NCBI GenBank assembly: GCA_038087875.1 | Contig: CM075987.1 | Span: 24,368,001-24,432,000 of the forward strand | From: Malacoraja senta | Taxonomy: Eukaryota | Reading direction: 5' to 3' | DNA length: 64,000 nucleotides | Shown here: piece after piece, positions 13,387-27,190 of the stretch | How the letters are laid out: every line of letters begins with the position of its first letter | Position numbering within the stretch: the first letter of the stretch is position 1 | Made by a program: the position numbers and the translations under genes | Notes under the pieces: model-generated | Databases searched by the model: none | What the model was told of the DNA's origin: nothing | Seen by the model: the letters and a program-made list of their open reading frames with translations, nothing else

Positions 13387-13793
13387 CTGTGGTAAGAAAT
13401 GAAAGAGGAAGGAAAAGACAGATATGATTACAATATTCTGTCATCATAATCATCATAATCATACTTTATTAGCCAAGTATGTTTTGCCACATACGAGGAA
13501 TTTGCCATACAGTCATACCAATAAAAAGCAACAGAACACACAAGCTACATTTTAACATAAACATCCACCACAGTGACTCCTCCACATTCCTCACTGTGAT
13601 GGAAGGCAAAACAAAAGTTCAATCTCTTCCCTTCTTTGTTCTGCCGCGCGCGGTCGGGGGCCTCGAGCCTTCTGCGTCGTTTGGAGCTCCCGACACCGGT
13701 CTCTACCCGAGACTGCGAGATTGTTTTGCAATAGAGAATTGAGCTTAATATTTTCACTTCCATATTTCATGATTAGCTCTCAACACAAAATAC

Positions 13794-14099
13794 GGGCGGC
13801 ACGGTGGCTGCCTAACCGTGCCAAAGACCCGGCTTGGATCAATCCCCACTACGGGTGCTGTCTGTACAGAGTTTGTATGTGTCTCCCCGTGACCTGCGTG
13901 GGTTTTCCCTGGGTGCTCTGGTTTACTCCCACAGTCCAAAGACACGTACAGGTTTGTAGGCTAATTGGCTTCGGTAAAGATTGTAAATTGTCCCTAGTGT
14001 GTAGAATAGTGCTAGTGTACGGGGATCGCTGGTCTGCGTGGCCTCAGTGGGCCGAATGGCCAGTTTCCGCACTGTATCTTTTACCTAAACTAAACTAAA
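13794..14099 (+). mobile_element. tRNA-derived SINE (HE1/V-SINE-like)
   Basis: Same family; starts gggcggcacggtgg and ends with (ctaaa)n. Confidence 0.85.
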
Positions 14100-14144
14100 A
14101 TAGATTTAAAAGTAAATTGATCCTGTAGCTACACTATTTCAGGG

Positions 14145-15048
14145 AAATGTGCATTGTTGAATTTTGGGAAGTCTATCACGGGCAGGACCTACACAGTGAA
14201 TGGTAGGCCTCTGGGGTGTGTTGTAGAGCAGAGGGATCTAGGAATGCAGGTGCATTGTTCCTTGAAGGTGGAGTCCCAGGTAGATCGGGGGGTCAAAAAG
14301 GCTTTTGGCACATTGACCTTCATCAGCCAGAGTTTTGAGTATAGAAGTTGGGAGGTCGTTGCAGTTGTATAAGATGTTGGTGAGGCCGCATTTAGAGTAT
14401 TGTCTTCAGTTCTGGGCACCATGCTACAGGAAAGATGTTGTCAAGCTGGAAAGGGTACAGAGAAGATTTCTGAGGATGTTGCCAGGACTAGAGGGTCTGA
14501 GCTATAGGGAGAGGTTGAGCACGCTGGGACTCTATTCCTTGGAGCGCAGGAGGATGAGGGGTGATCTTATAGAGGTGTATAAAATCATGAGAGGAATAGA
14601 TCGGGTAGATGCACAAAGTCTCTTGCTCATAGGGGAATCGAGGACCAGTGGACATAGGTTTAAGGTAGATAGATAGATAGATAGATATGCCTTTATTGTC
14701 ATTCAGACCGAAGTCTGGACGAAATTGCAGCAGTCATACATATAATACAATAAAAAAAACAACAATAAAATAATAAGGTGAAGGGGAAAAGATTTAATAG
14801 GAATCTGAGGGGTAACTTTTTCACACAAAGGGTGGTGGGTGTATGGAACAAGCTGCCAGGGGAGGTAGTTGAGGCAGGGACAATCCCAACGTTTAAGAAA
14901 CAGTTAGACGAGTACATGGATAGGACAGGTTTGGAGGGATATGGACCAAACGCAGGCAGGTGGGACTAGTGTAGATGGGACATGTTGGCCGGTGTGGGCA
15001 AGTTGGGCCGAAGGGCCTGTTTCCACACTGTATCACTCTATGGTTCTA
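14145..15048 (+). mobile_element. CR1 LINE 3' fragment, interrupted at about 14666-14775
   Basis: QRDLGMQVH, RPHLEYCLQFW and FFTQRVVGVWNKLP motifs; (GATA)n insertion. Confidence 0.9.
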
Positions 15049-15289
15049 TAAGACTCCCCTTTAAACAGAGCGTAAATGTTATTCCCTTATCATGTATTTA
15101 TACACTGTAAATGACTCGATTGTAAACATGTCTTGTCTTTCTGTTGACTGGATAGTGTGCAACAAATGCTTTTCACTGTACCTGGGTACATGTGACTATA
15201 TGTAGAATATAGACAGGGTATCTCATCTAAAGGGAAATGGAGGCCAGCAGCTTGTGCACTCTATTGTTTATCCAACAAGAATTGGTAAT

Positions 15290-15932
15290 AAAGAAAGCAA
15301 AACTCAATGCTAGCATTTATTTCAAGAGGGCTTGTATACAAAATCAGGGATGCAACGCTGAGGCTCTATAAGGCGCTGGTCAGACCGCATTTGGAATATT
15401 GTGAGCAGTTTTGGGCACCATATCTGAGGAAGGATGTGCTGGCTCTGGAGAGGGTCCAGAGGAGGTCTACAGGAATGAGTAGGTTAACCAATGATGAGCG
15501 TTTGTCGGTACTTGGTCTGTACTCGCTGGAGTTTAGAAGAATGAGGGGGGACCTCATTGAAACGTGCAGAATGGTGAAAGGCTTGGATAGAGTGGATGTG
15601 GAGAGGATGTTTCCACCAGTGGGCGAGTCTAGGACTAGAGGTCATAGCCTCAGAATTAATGGACGTTCTTTTAAGAAGGAGATGAGGAGGAATTTCTCAA
15701 GTCAGACGGTGGTGAATCTGTGGAATTATTCGACACAGAAGGCTGTGGAAGCCAAGTCAAGTGGATATTTTTAAGGCAGAGATAGATAGATTCTTAATTA
15801 GTACAGGTGTCAGAGGTGATGGGGAGAAGGCAGGAGAATGGGGTTAGGAGGGAGATAGATCAGCATTGATTGAATGGCGGAGTAGACGTGATGGGTCAAA
15901 TGGCCTAATTCTGCTCCTATCACATGAGTTTA
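15290..15932 (+). mobile_element. CR1 LINE 3' fragment
   Basis: MLAFISRG...RPHLEYCEQFWAP...VVNLWN plus 3'UTR. Confidence 0.9.
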
Positions 15933-17009
15933 TGAGCTCACCCCACGAGCGCACGTACACACACGCGTAACTTTCACAAGCGGTTTGCATTCCCCAATGG
16001 TGAAGGCGGCTGCCCTGTGATTTTCACTAAACTCGCTCTTGAACTGGTTACAGAGCGAGTGGCTGTAGCCAAGTGTTACAGCAGCTCCCACCTCCCTGGG
16101 TGAAGCCCTTCTCTGGAACGGAGACAGTGGCAGATAGGGAACCCAGTGCCATACTGTGTGCCTCGTACTGATCAGTTGCCAGCTTTCCATTACTTACAAA
16201 ACAAAACTGAGTAGGAACTAGCTGGGGGCAGTGGGAAGAAATTCCGTAGTGTTTCCCAAATCTGCTTTGGAACTCAGACATACCCTTTCTGAGGTGTGAC
16301 TGCCAAACTGTTCCTGCTGATATTACAGCTCCTTTGAAAGTTACCAAAAGTTAACCACTGCAAGGGAAAATTCAACATAAGGAAATTATTTGGTTTTCCT
16401 TAGTTACTTAAATATTGTGCATAAACATCTCACACTTCCAGCTCCTTGAAATACTTTTTATTTGTGCTACTGGTATATCGTTATGCAATGTTCACACAAA
16501 GGGTGGTGGGTGTATAGAACAAGCCGCCAGAGGAGGTAGTTGAGGCAGGGACTATCCCAACGTTCAAAAGGCAGTGAAGATAGGCATAAAAAGCTGGAGT
16601 AACTCAGCGGGACAGGCAGCATCTCTGGAGAGAAGGAATGGGTGACGTTTCGGGTCGAGACCCTTCTTCAAGAAACAGTTGCCGATTTAGAGGGATATGG
16701 GCCAAAAGCAGGCAAGTGGGACTAGTGTAGCTGGGACATGTTGGCTGGTGTGGGCAAGTTGGGCCAAAGGGTCTGTTTCCACACTGTATGACTCAATAAC
16801 TCATTGTTTTCCTTAGCCTTGAATTCACCTTAATTTTTTAGAACATATAGGAACATTTGGTACCATTAATAACAGATGCATTTGACAAAATCTAAGGTGT
16901 AACAATTAATTTATTTTCCATGTGTTATAATCAAATGAACCCTTGGCATCAAAGAGCTTTTATTTATTTTTTTATCAAGGAAAGAGAACCGTTTCACCCA
17001 GAGAGCTGA

Positions 17010-17730
17010 GAATTTGTGGAATTGGCCTCTACTGCCTTCTGTGGCAGAGAATTCCACAAAATCACAACTCTCTGGGTGAAAACATTTTTTTCTCATCGTT
17101 TTCTCAACGTTTTATATGGCCTCCCCTTTATTCTTAGACTGTGGCCCCTGGTTCTGGACTCCCCCAACATTGGGAACATTTTTCCTGCATCTAACTTGTC
17201 CAGTCCTTTTATAATTGTACAGGTTTCTATAAGATTCCCTCTCATCCTTCTAAATTCCAGTGAATACAAGCCCAGTCTTTCCAATCTTTCCTCATATGAT
17301 AGTCCCGCCATCCCGGGGATTAACCTCGTGAACCTACGCTGCACTGCCTCAATAGCAAGGATGTCCTTCCTCAAATTAGGAGACCAAAACTGCACACAAT
17401 ACTCCAGATGTGGTCTCACCAGGGCCCTGCACAACTGCATCCGTCCACCCAAAACTATTTCTCACCTAATGCATTTTTTTCAGTTCTTCTGTCTCCCTAG
17501 ATCCTCTGTCCTCCAGAACATCTGGGAGATTGTTTGTATCTTCCTTAGTGAAGACAGAATCAAAGTACCTGTTCAACTCTACTGCCATTTTCTTGTTCCC
17601 CATAACAATTTCACCTGTTTCTGCCTTCAAGGGACCAACATTTCTCTTTACTAATCTTTTTCTCTTAACATACCTAAAGAAGCTTTTACTATCCTTCTTT
17701 ATATTCTTGGCCAGCTTACCCTCATACTTC
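17010..17730 (-). mobile_element. CR1 LINE fragments (internally deleted)
   Basis: ALVRPHLEYCVQFWSP in ORF 17093-17452, plus an upstream ORF2-like piece at about 17520-17730. Confidence 0.8.
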
Positions 17731-18329
17731 TGTGCTGGAGTAACTCAGAAGGCTCTCGATCCAAAACATCGGCCATTCCTTCCAACCAGAGATGCTGCCT
17801 GTCCCGCTGAGTTACTCAAGCATTTTGTGTCTATCTTCTGTAAATTCACGCTCAAACAAGTACAGACTTAATAACAGAGTGTGGTTGTTGTAAAGGCAGT
17901 ATTTTTGAACCAATTGTAATATTTTTTAGCAAAGTAGCAAGCAATTTTAATTACAACAACAAACCTGAGAAACAAAATTAAATTGTGTGAATAAATCTTC
18001 GCAGTCACCATTTTGACAGTCAACGAGTTAATTATGTCAGAATTATTGGGCCAATTCGCGGTAATTAATCGCATCCAGCATTTCAGGGTCAGTAGTCAGA
18101 GGCTCGAGAAGGAAATAACATTGGTTCTCTCAAAGAATCTCAACGACATTTTATAGCATGACTCAACTAGAACTCACAAAAGATGACAAGGAGTTGTTTA
18201 TTACAAGTGAAAGCAAGCTACTGGTGATGACATAACACAACATGGTGCCAGAAAGTACTCTGCGAGAAGTTACAGCAACTATAGGTATGAGCTATTCGGG
18301 GAAGTTTGGACAAACTAGCATTGTTTTTG

Positions 18330-19103
18330 TTTAGAAACTTTAACTTTTCTATGTGGGGGAGGGGGGTAGGGTAAGGGGGAAACTGTTTCCCAGTCGCTTC
18401 CTGGCGGGGACGCGACTATTTCTCCAAGTCGTGTCCTCGCCCCCCTCCTCGCGGCCTACCACCTGGATCGGAGCGGCCTTTCCTGCCGGGGACCGGGGAC
18501 CGGGAACCGGACCAGAGCTGCAACAGCGGCGGCGCAGCGCTGAATTCACCGCGGAGCGGGCGATGCCGACCTGGATCGCCGTTTGAAGCTCCGGAGCGTT
18601 GGGCCGCTGCTCCAACATCGTGGAGCTGCGGTTTGAGAGAGCTTCCAGCATGGCCGGTGCTGAACAACATCGCGGAGTCCTGGGGCCCTTTACCGAGGGC
18701 CGCCAGCATTGAATCTCCGCCCAGCGTGGCCTGCGGACTTTGGGAGCCGCGGACTCCGGTAGGAGGTGGCCGACTCTGATGTCCAGACCGCTGAGGTCCC
18801 CCAGCCCCGACGTCGGACTTACATCACCCCGGCGAGCGGGCCTGAACATCGGGCCGCCCGTAGCGGCGACTGCAGTGGGCTCGGGGAGGCCCCGACCACG
18901 GGTGAACATTGGGGAACATTAGAGGAAGATGACTGACTTTGGTGCCTTCCCTCACAGTGGCTAACTTTGATTCTGCTGTGTGGGGATGTTTTATGTTGAA
19001 CTCTATCGTGTGTTGTGTTCTTTATTTTTATTGTATGGCTGTATGGTGACCACACATTTCACTGTGCCAACTGGCACATGTGACAAATAAATGTATCTTG
19101 TCA
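18330..19103 (+). repeat. GC/CpG-rich interspersed repeat of unassigned family with LINE-like 3' tail
   Basis: Abrupt CpG-rich block ending ttcactgtgcc...catgtgacaaataaa, like the Rex1-type 3'UTRs. The segment 18936-19003 is echoed in reverse at about 13550-13610. Confidence 0.55.
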
Positions 19104-21982
19104 GACATACAGCGCGGAAACAGGCCATTCCGCCTACCGAGTCCGTGCCGGCCAGGGATCGCCGCACACTAACGCTACCCTACACACACTAGGGAACATT
19201 TTTTACATTTACACCAAGCTAATTAACCTACAATCCTGTACGTCTTTGGGGCGTGGGGGGGAAACCAAAAATCTCATCGAAAACTCACACTATTCTACGC
19301 ACTAAATAGGGACAATTTACAGTTTTTATCAAAGCCAATTAACCTACAAACCTGTAGGCCTTTGGAGTGTGGGAGGAAACCGGTGCACCTGGAGAAAACC
19401 CACGCAGGTCACAGGGAGAACGTACAAACCCCATACAGACAGCACCCGTAGTCAGGATCGAACCCGGGTCTCTGGCGCTGCAAGGCAGCAACTCTACCGC
19501 TGTGCCACCGTGCCGCCGTATGAACAAACTTGGATTGTTTTCTCTGAAACATTGGAGGCAGAGGGGTGGCCTGGTGGAAATATATAAAATTATAGCGTTG
19601 ATAGGGTAGACAGTGAGAAGCCTTATCTGGGGGTGGCAACATCAAATACTAAAGGACATAGCTTCAAGGTGCAAGAGGCAAAGTTTAAAAGAGAAGTGCT
19701 GGGAACGTTTTTTTAATGCAGAGGATGGTGGGTGCCTTGAACAAGCTGCCGGGGTGGCAGCAGATACAATAGTGGCATTTAAGATACTTTTGGAGAGGTA
19801 TATCGATATGCAGGGATAGGAGGGAAATGGATCGCGTGTAGGCAGGAGAGATTAGCTTAACTTGAGATCAAGGGCGGCATGGACATTGTGGGCCAAGAAA
19901 ATGTAGGAAAAATGTTCCCGATGTCGGGGGAGTCCGGAACCAGGGGTCACGGTTTAAGAATAAGGGGTAGGCCATTTAGGAGTGAGATGAAGAAAAACGT
20001 TTTCACCCAGAGAGTTGTGAATCTGTGGAATTCTCTGCCATAGGAGGCAGTGGAGGCCAATTCAATGGATGTTTTCAAGTTAGATTTAGCTCTTAGGGCT
20101 AAAGGAATCAAGGGATATGGGGAGAAAGCAGGAACGGGGTACTGATTTTTGATGGCCAGCCGTGATCATATTGAATGGCAGTTCTGGCTCGAGGGGCCGA
20201 ATGGCCTACTCCTGCACCTATTTTTCTACGTTTCTATGTTTCTATGAGAGGCCTGCTCCTGTGCTGTTCAAAGGATGTAATGCTGAGGCTTTGTAAGGCA
20301 CTGGTCAGACATCAGGCATTTGCAGTATTGTGAGCAGTTTTTAACTCCATATCTGAGGAGGGATGCACTAGATGTGGAGAGGGTCCACAGGAGGTTTACG
20401 AGAATGACCATGGGGTTGATTGGGAGTCTTTTGACGGCCCTGGGCCTGCACTCATTGGAGTTTGGAAGGATGAGGTGAGGGGTCGACCCCATTGAAACTC
20501 ACCGAACGATGAAAACGTCTTGATAGAATGGATGTGGAAAGAATGTTACCACCAGTGGGAGAGAAACTGGGGTCGACACAGGAGCTGTGAATTAAGAGGG
20601 GCAGAAAAGGTCTTTGGAAAGCCTTGGAAAGTAACCAAGGCTGTGCTGGACAGCATGGCTCCACTGTGTTAGTAAAACCTGGCGTGGGTACAGGCAAATC
20701 TCCAGGTAGGACGGCGTTTAAAGCATTTTCAAGGCAACTACTCTTGGCCGTCCTTGTAGATTTTTTTCTCATTTTGCTTTTGTTTCCCATTGGTTTTATT
20801 GCCTTTCACATGCCAAGAAATATGCATTTTAAAACAATTTTTCCCTGGCAAAACGCTGGCAAGGCCTCATTGCTTGTTCTTAGTCATCCACAGATGATGG
20901 TCCATGGACAACAATTACTAACGTCCCTCTCCGCAAGCCAGCAATGTTTAACCCATTGACCTACCTGTGATAAGACACAAAATGCTGGAGTAACTCAGCG
21001 GGACAGAATAGAAGGAATGGGTGGCGTTTCGGGTCGAGACCCTTCTTCAGACTGAAGGAGGTAAAAAGGTAAAGCCAGTGAGGTCCGATCAAAGATAGTT
21101 CGAGGGTCACCAATAAGGTAGATAGTAGTTCAGGTCTGCTCTCTAGTTATGGTCATAAGGTCATAAATGATAGGAGCAGAATTAGGCCATTCGGCCCATC
21201 AAGTCTACTCCACCATTCAATCATGGCTGATCTATCTCTCCCTCCTAACCCCATTCTTCTGCCATCTCCCCATAACCCCTTACACCCGTACAGGAGAACA
21301 TTAGCAATCTGTTCAGACTGAAGAAGGGTCTCCACCCGAAACGCATCAAACCCAGGTCTCTGGCGCTGTAAGGCAGCAACTGTACCTCTGTGCCACCCCG
21401 CTGCCCTGTGTAGGAAGGAACTGCAGATGCTGGTTTATACCGAAGATAGACACAAACTGCTGGAGTACTTCAATGGGACAGGCGGCATCTCTGGAGAGAA
21501 GGAATGGATGACATTTTGGGTCGAAGTCTGAAGAAGGGTCTCGACCTGAAACGTCACCCCATCAGTTCAGCTCAATTCAGTTTGGTTTATTGTCACATAT
21601 ACCGAGGTACAGCGGAAAGCTTTTGTTTCCGTCTATCCAGTGATGCTGCCTGTCCAGTTTCTTCCTGCACATTTCGACCTAGCTGTGAGAACGTAATTCC
21701 TTAGTTTAGACTTGATGGGCCGAATGGCCTTACTCTGCTCCTAAAACGTATTAACTTATGAAGGAAAGCAGGTTAGCTTGCTGGTAATATGATGGGTGCC
21801 TCAGAACTTGAAGCTGTCCACCATCTCTACAGCAGCTTAGTCGATCAGGAGAGGTTTGTGTTCACCCACCTCTTCCCTTAACCTTTATGCCTTAAGATGG
21901 CGCCCAAGCCAGGCGACTATTTGCGTGCGGGCCACAGAAGCAGATCTACAATCACACAGTACAATCGCTCCACGCTCGCAAA

Positions 21983-22189
21983 AGGGCCTGTCCCACTTTC
22001 ACGACCTAATTCACGACCTCTGCCGAGTTTGCCCTTGACTCATACTCGCAGCATGGCCGTCACGAGGTCGTAGGTAGGTCGTGATGCTAGTCGTGGCATC
22101 AAGTAGGTCGGGGCGTTTTTCTAGCCTGACGAAAAATGTCCACGAGTAAAAAAGGTCGTGAATTAGGTCGTGAAAGTGGGACAGGGCCT
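21983..22189. mobile_element. Harbinger-type MITE
   Basis: TIR AGGGCCTGTCCCACTTTCACGACCTAATTCACGACC at both ends. Confidence 0.85.
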
Positions 22190-23415
22190 TTAATCTCTAC
22201 TTCTCCACCAACATCTCTTACTTTCTAGACACCGTAAACGGCTCGATTGCAATCGCGTATTGTCTTTCCGCTGACTGGATAGCACGCAACAAAAAGCTTT
22301 TCACTGGACCTGTACACGTGACAATTCAACTAAACTGAACTGAGCACTGAACATTTTTGAACATTATTCCCTCACTTTCTACATCCAGAGAGCAATTAGA
22401 AAACATTGACATCATACATTTAATAGCCTCATTAGGAACATCACTAAGTATTGCAGCGACAGAAACCAAGGATCTCAACTGATGACAGAGTCACAATGTG
22501 AATTTCTACCTTTTTGACATTATCTTTCCTTCCCTGCTTTTATTAATCCACCATTCTTGCAAACCCCCTTATCAAAAACATTCCCTCCATTCATCAGGCC
22601 TGTTACACGCTCAAAACACTTTGATAACAATTTGTGTTAAGTCTCAACTACTTTTCAAAGGCTGAGTTGGTTTGAATTGGAGCCTTTGTTCGGTTTTGAA
22701 GCATTTGCATTCTTACCTTTATAATGCTCTCTCGAATCTTTTACCACCAATGCCAAGCTGGCAGGTTGTTAAATCTGAATAGCAGATTTCTGACTTCTAC
22801 CATTTTAGATCTGAATAATATTTATCGCAAGACAATCATTTCGTGCAAACCCTATAATTAAAGTGCTTGCTGGAAATGGAGCCTCGCCAACCCTAATTCT
22901 TCGCCATGAATATTCCATTTACCTGGCTCGGGCTCCTTGTGAATATTCAAGCAATCAATCGTCTGTTGGAATTAATTTCCTTTAATCAACCTTCACTGCA
23001 AGCCAGCACGCGCGATGTCATTGAAACCTACCGCGGCGACTCACATATGAGAAAGGTCTGGGTGCTTTGTCTGGTAATTTGCGCTAAGTGTTTTCTTATG
23101 TGGCTGAGGTACAGCAAACGCACTTTCCTTCTCACACGCCCACCCCCCCCCCCCTTTGCTCTCTCTTCCCCGTTCCCTGTGTGTTCTTTGGCAAGGCTCT
23201 CCTCCCCCGCTAATGAATCATGCCGCTGATGTGATTGACGACAATTACTCTTTAGGTAATGGGATCTCTGTTGGAGGCAGCGTAGGATTATAGACGGCTG
23301 TGGGGAATTCATACCATTCGCCCCAAAGCATTTCAATTGCGCATACTTTGGATTGTGGACATGTCAGGTTTCATACCACTGCCTTTTAAATAAAACAGTA
23401 CCATAGATCCATAGT

Positions 23416-23564
23416 TCAAGAAGGAACTGCAGATGCTGGAAAACCGAAGGCAGACAAAATTGCTGGAGAAACAGTCTGAAGAAGGGTTTCGGCCCGAAAC
23501 GTTGCCCATTTCCTTCGCTCCATAGATGCTGCCACACCCGCTGAGTTTCTCCAGCAATTTTGTC
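23416..23564. mobile_element. Inverted Penelope-like terminal-repeat unit with TSD
   Basis: 17-bp direct repeat taccatagatccatagt at 23399-23415 and 23565-23581; core ctgaagaagggtttcggcccgaaacgtt. Confidence 0.7.
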
Positions 23565-24839
23565 TACCATAGATCCATAGTGTAGGAAGGAGCTGCAGGC
23601 GCTGGTTTGAACCGAAGTTAGACTCAAAATGCTGGAGTAACTCAGCAGGACAGGCAGCGTCTCTGGAGAGAAGGAATGGGGGTTGAGCATTTGGGTCGAG
23701 ACCCTTCTTCAGACATTTCGACATACCTGTGATAACGTAATTCCCTAGTTTAGTTTATTAATTAGTTTATTGTCACGTGTACCGAGGTACAGTGAAAAGC
23801 TTTTGTTGCGCGCTAACCAGTCAGCGGAAAGACAACACACGATTACAATCGAGCCATTCACAGTGTACAGATACATGATAAGGGAATGTTTAAGAAAGAA
23901 CTGCAGATGCTGGAAAAATCAACGGTAGACAAAAATGCTGGAGAAACTCAGCGGATGAGGCAGCTTTTCTCCAGAGATGCTGCCTGACCCGCTGAGGTAC
24001 TCTGACCTCTTGTGTCTGTCTATAGACAATACAATGTTCTTTCTGCAAAGTTGTTACTTATATTTGCATTGGGGCTTCAACTTGTGAGTCTTTTCATGCA
24101 TGACCTGTTTGTAAAAACACAATTTCTCCTAAAACCTATTGAATGTCCTGCTGCTGTTTAAGACCCGGGTTCGATCCTGACTACGGGTGCTGTCTGTAAG
24201 GAGTTTGTACGTTCTCCCCGTGAGCTGCGTGGGTTTTCTCCGAGATCTTCTGTTTCCTCCCACACTCCAAAGACGTACAGGTTTGTAAGTCAATTAGCTT
24301 GGAATAAATGTAAAACTGACACTAGCGTGTGTGGGATAGTGTTAATGTGCGGGGATCGCTGGTCGGTGTGGACTCAATGGGCCGAATGTCCAGTTTCCAC
24401 TCTGTATCTCTGAAACTAAAGCTAAAACTAGAACTCATTGAAGGTCACTGTCTTCAAGGCCTTTACTCTCATGTTTTTATATTGTCTCCTGGTCCAAATT
24501 CCAGAAGCAAAGGACACTTGGTGGTCGTGGCTGGGAGGGGCAGGGGGGTGGGGGAGCTGGAGGAGATAGCATGGGTAATGTATGTCCTTAGCTTGATGGC
24601 ACCAAAGGAAAGCCAAAAGAATTTGCACACTTTCAAGCAGCTAATCTTGAAAAAAAATAACACAAGCATCATGAGTCAAGAGTATGTATTTGTCACATGT
24701 CCCAGACAGAACAATGACATTCTTACTTGCAACAGCACAACACAATATGTAAACATAGTATTCTGGAAACAATATAATAAACAAGAAAAAAAGTTCAGTG
24801 TGCGTGTTAACAAACAAACAAACAAACAAACGCACGATC

Positions 24840-24844
24840 GCACG

Positions 24845-24921
<77 letters not shown>

Positions 24922-24975
24922 ATATACATACACATACACACACACATACACATAAACATACACATATACACAAAC
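24840..24975. repeat. (CA)n microsatellite
   Basis: Long pure CA run followed by degenerate CA/TA. Confidence 0.98.
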
Positions 24976-25368
24976 AAAAACACAGTTTCATACCACTTCA
25001 AGCAGGGTGCAAGGCCACCAAGTTCAAGTGCAGTTTCATATCATTTCATCAGGGTGCAAGGCCACTAAAGATAGCTAGTCGAGACTGAGCCACACCCACA
25101 CTTCTGGGTTTTATAGTCCCTCCGCCCCTCCCACCAGAAGGAGCGTGGCCTTCATGGCATGATTGACAGGAGAGAGAATCTCAACTTTTTTAAACACTAA
25201 TAACTCTTTTACTTTTCATCGTTGGGAAAAATGCTCAGCACCTGATGAGCGGAGGGGGACTCTGAGTAAGATGGCCAAAAATCACAGCCATACATGGTAG
25301 CATTTTTTCTAAAATCAATATAAAGCGCAAACAGGAAGTGGTCAAGATTAGACTTTTAATTATATAGA

Positions 25369-25762
25369 AGGCAAGGCAGCTTTAATTAGGCAAGGCAGCT
25401 TTAATTAAGCAAGGCAGCTTTAATTAGGCAAGGCAGCTTTAATTAGGCAAGGCAACTTTAATTAGGCAAGGCAGCTTTAATTAGGCAACACAGCTTTAGC
25501 ACTTTCAAACCTTAGGCAACACAGCTTTAGCACTTTCAAACCAAAGGCAACGCAGCTTTAGCACTTTCAAACCAAAGGCAACGCAGCTTTAGCACTTTCA
25601 AACCAAAGGCAACGCAGCTTTAGCACTTTCAAACCAAAGGCAACGCAGCTTTAGCACTTTCAAACCAAAGGCAACGGCAGCTTTAGCACTTTCAAACCAA
25701 AGGCAATGCAGCTTTAGCACTTTCAAACCAAAGGCAACACAGCTTTAGCACTTGCAAACCAA
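25369..25762. repeat. Compound minisatellite: 6 x 19 bp then about 9 x 31 bp
   Basis: AGGCAAGGCAGCTTTAATT x6 (25369-25482), then AGGCAACGCAGCTTTAGCACTTTCAAACCAA x about 9. Confidence 0.95.
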
Positions 25763-25856
25763 AACACACTTTTGCATTTTCAAACTACATTTTCAAACCA
25801 CATTAAGGGCACTGACAGGTCAGTAAAACCACTCACGGTTTAGTAGCCATGTGTGT

Positions 25857-27190
25857 ATAGAAACATAGAAACATAGAAAATAGGTGCAGGAGTAGGCCAT
25901 TCGGCCCTTCGAGCCTGCACCGCCATTCAATATGATCATGGCTAATCATCCAACTCAGTATCCTGTACCTGCCTGCTCTCCATACCCCCTGATCCCTTTA
26001 GCCACAAGGGCCACATCTAACTCCCTCTTAAAGATAGCCAATGAACTGGCCTCAACTACCTTCTGTGGCAGAGAATTCCAGAGATTCACCACTCTCTGTG
26101 TAAAAAATGTTTTTCTCATCTCGGTCCTAAAAGATTTCCCCTTTATCCTTAAACTGTGACCCCTTGTCCTGGACTTCCCCAACATCGGGAACAATCATCC
26201 TGCATCTAGCCTGTCCAACCCCTTAAGAATTTTGTAAGTTTCTGTAAGATCCCTCCTCAATCATCTAAATTCTAGCGAGTACAAGCCAAGTCTATCCAGT
26301 CTTTCTTCATATGAAAGTCCTGACATCCCAGGAATCAGTCTGGTGAACCTTCTCTGTACTCCCTCTATGGCAAGAATGTCTTTCCTCTGATTTGGAGACC
26401 AAAACTGTACGCAATACTCCAGGTGTGGTCTCACCAAGACCCTGTACAACTGCAGTAGAACCTCCCTGCTCCTATACTCAAATCCTTTTGCTATGAATGC
26501 TAACATACCATTCGCTTTCTTCACTGCCTGCTGCACCTTCATGCCTTCTTTCAATGATTGGTGTACCATGACACCCAGGTCTCGCTGCATCTCCCCTTTT
26601 CCTAATCGGCCACCATTCAGATAATAGTCTACTTTCCTGTTTTTGCCACCAAAGTGGATAACCTCACATTTATCCACATTATACTGCATCTGCCATGCAT
26701 TTGCCCACTCACCCAGCCTATCCAAGTCACCTTGCAGCCTCCTAGCATCCACCTCACAGCTAACACTGCCCCCCAGCTTCATGTCATCCGCAAACTTGGA
26801 GATGTTGCATTCAATTCCCTCGTCCAAATCATTAATATATATTGTAAATAGCTGGGGTCCCAGCACTGAGCCTTGCGGTACCCCACTAGTCACTGCCTGC
26901 CATTCTGAAAAGGACCCGTTTACTCCTACTCTTTGCTTCCTGTTTGCCAGCCAGTTCTCTATCCACATCAATACTGAACCCCCAATACCGTGTGCTTTAA
27001 GTTTGTATACTAATCTCTTATGTGGGACCTTGTCGAAAGCCTTCTGAAAGTCCAGATATAACACATCCACTGGTTCTCCCTTATCCACTCTACTAGTTAC
27101 ATCCTCAAAAAAGTCTATAAGATTCGTCAGATATGATTTACCTTTCGTAAATCCATGCTGACTTTGTCCAATGATTTCACCACTTCCAGT
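25857..27190 (-). mobile_element. CR1 LINE, 5'-truncated, with long open RT segment
   Basis: 312-aa ORF with [30 protein letters not shown] and KFADD; (atagaaac)n tail. Confidence 0.97.

Noticed and set aside
18349..19055. Overlapping 60-186 aa ORFs
   Set aside because: Expected from stop-poor GC-rich sequence; no domains or splice support.
24329..25088. ORFs with HTHT/CVCV runs
   Set aside because: Translations of the (CA)n microsatellite and a SINE.
25369..25762. Regular short repeats as a CRISPR array (also 45715-45868)
   Set aside because: Head-to-tail units with no unique spacers, no cas genes and a vertebrate context.
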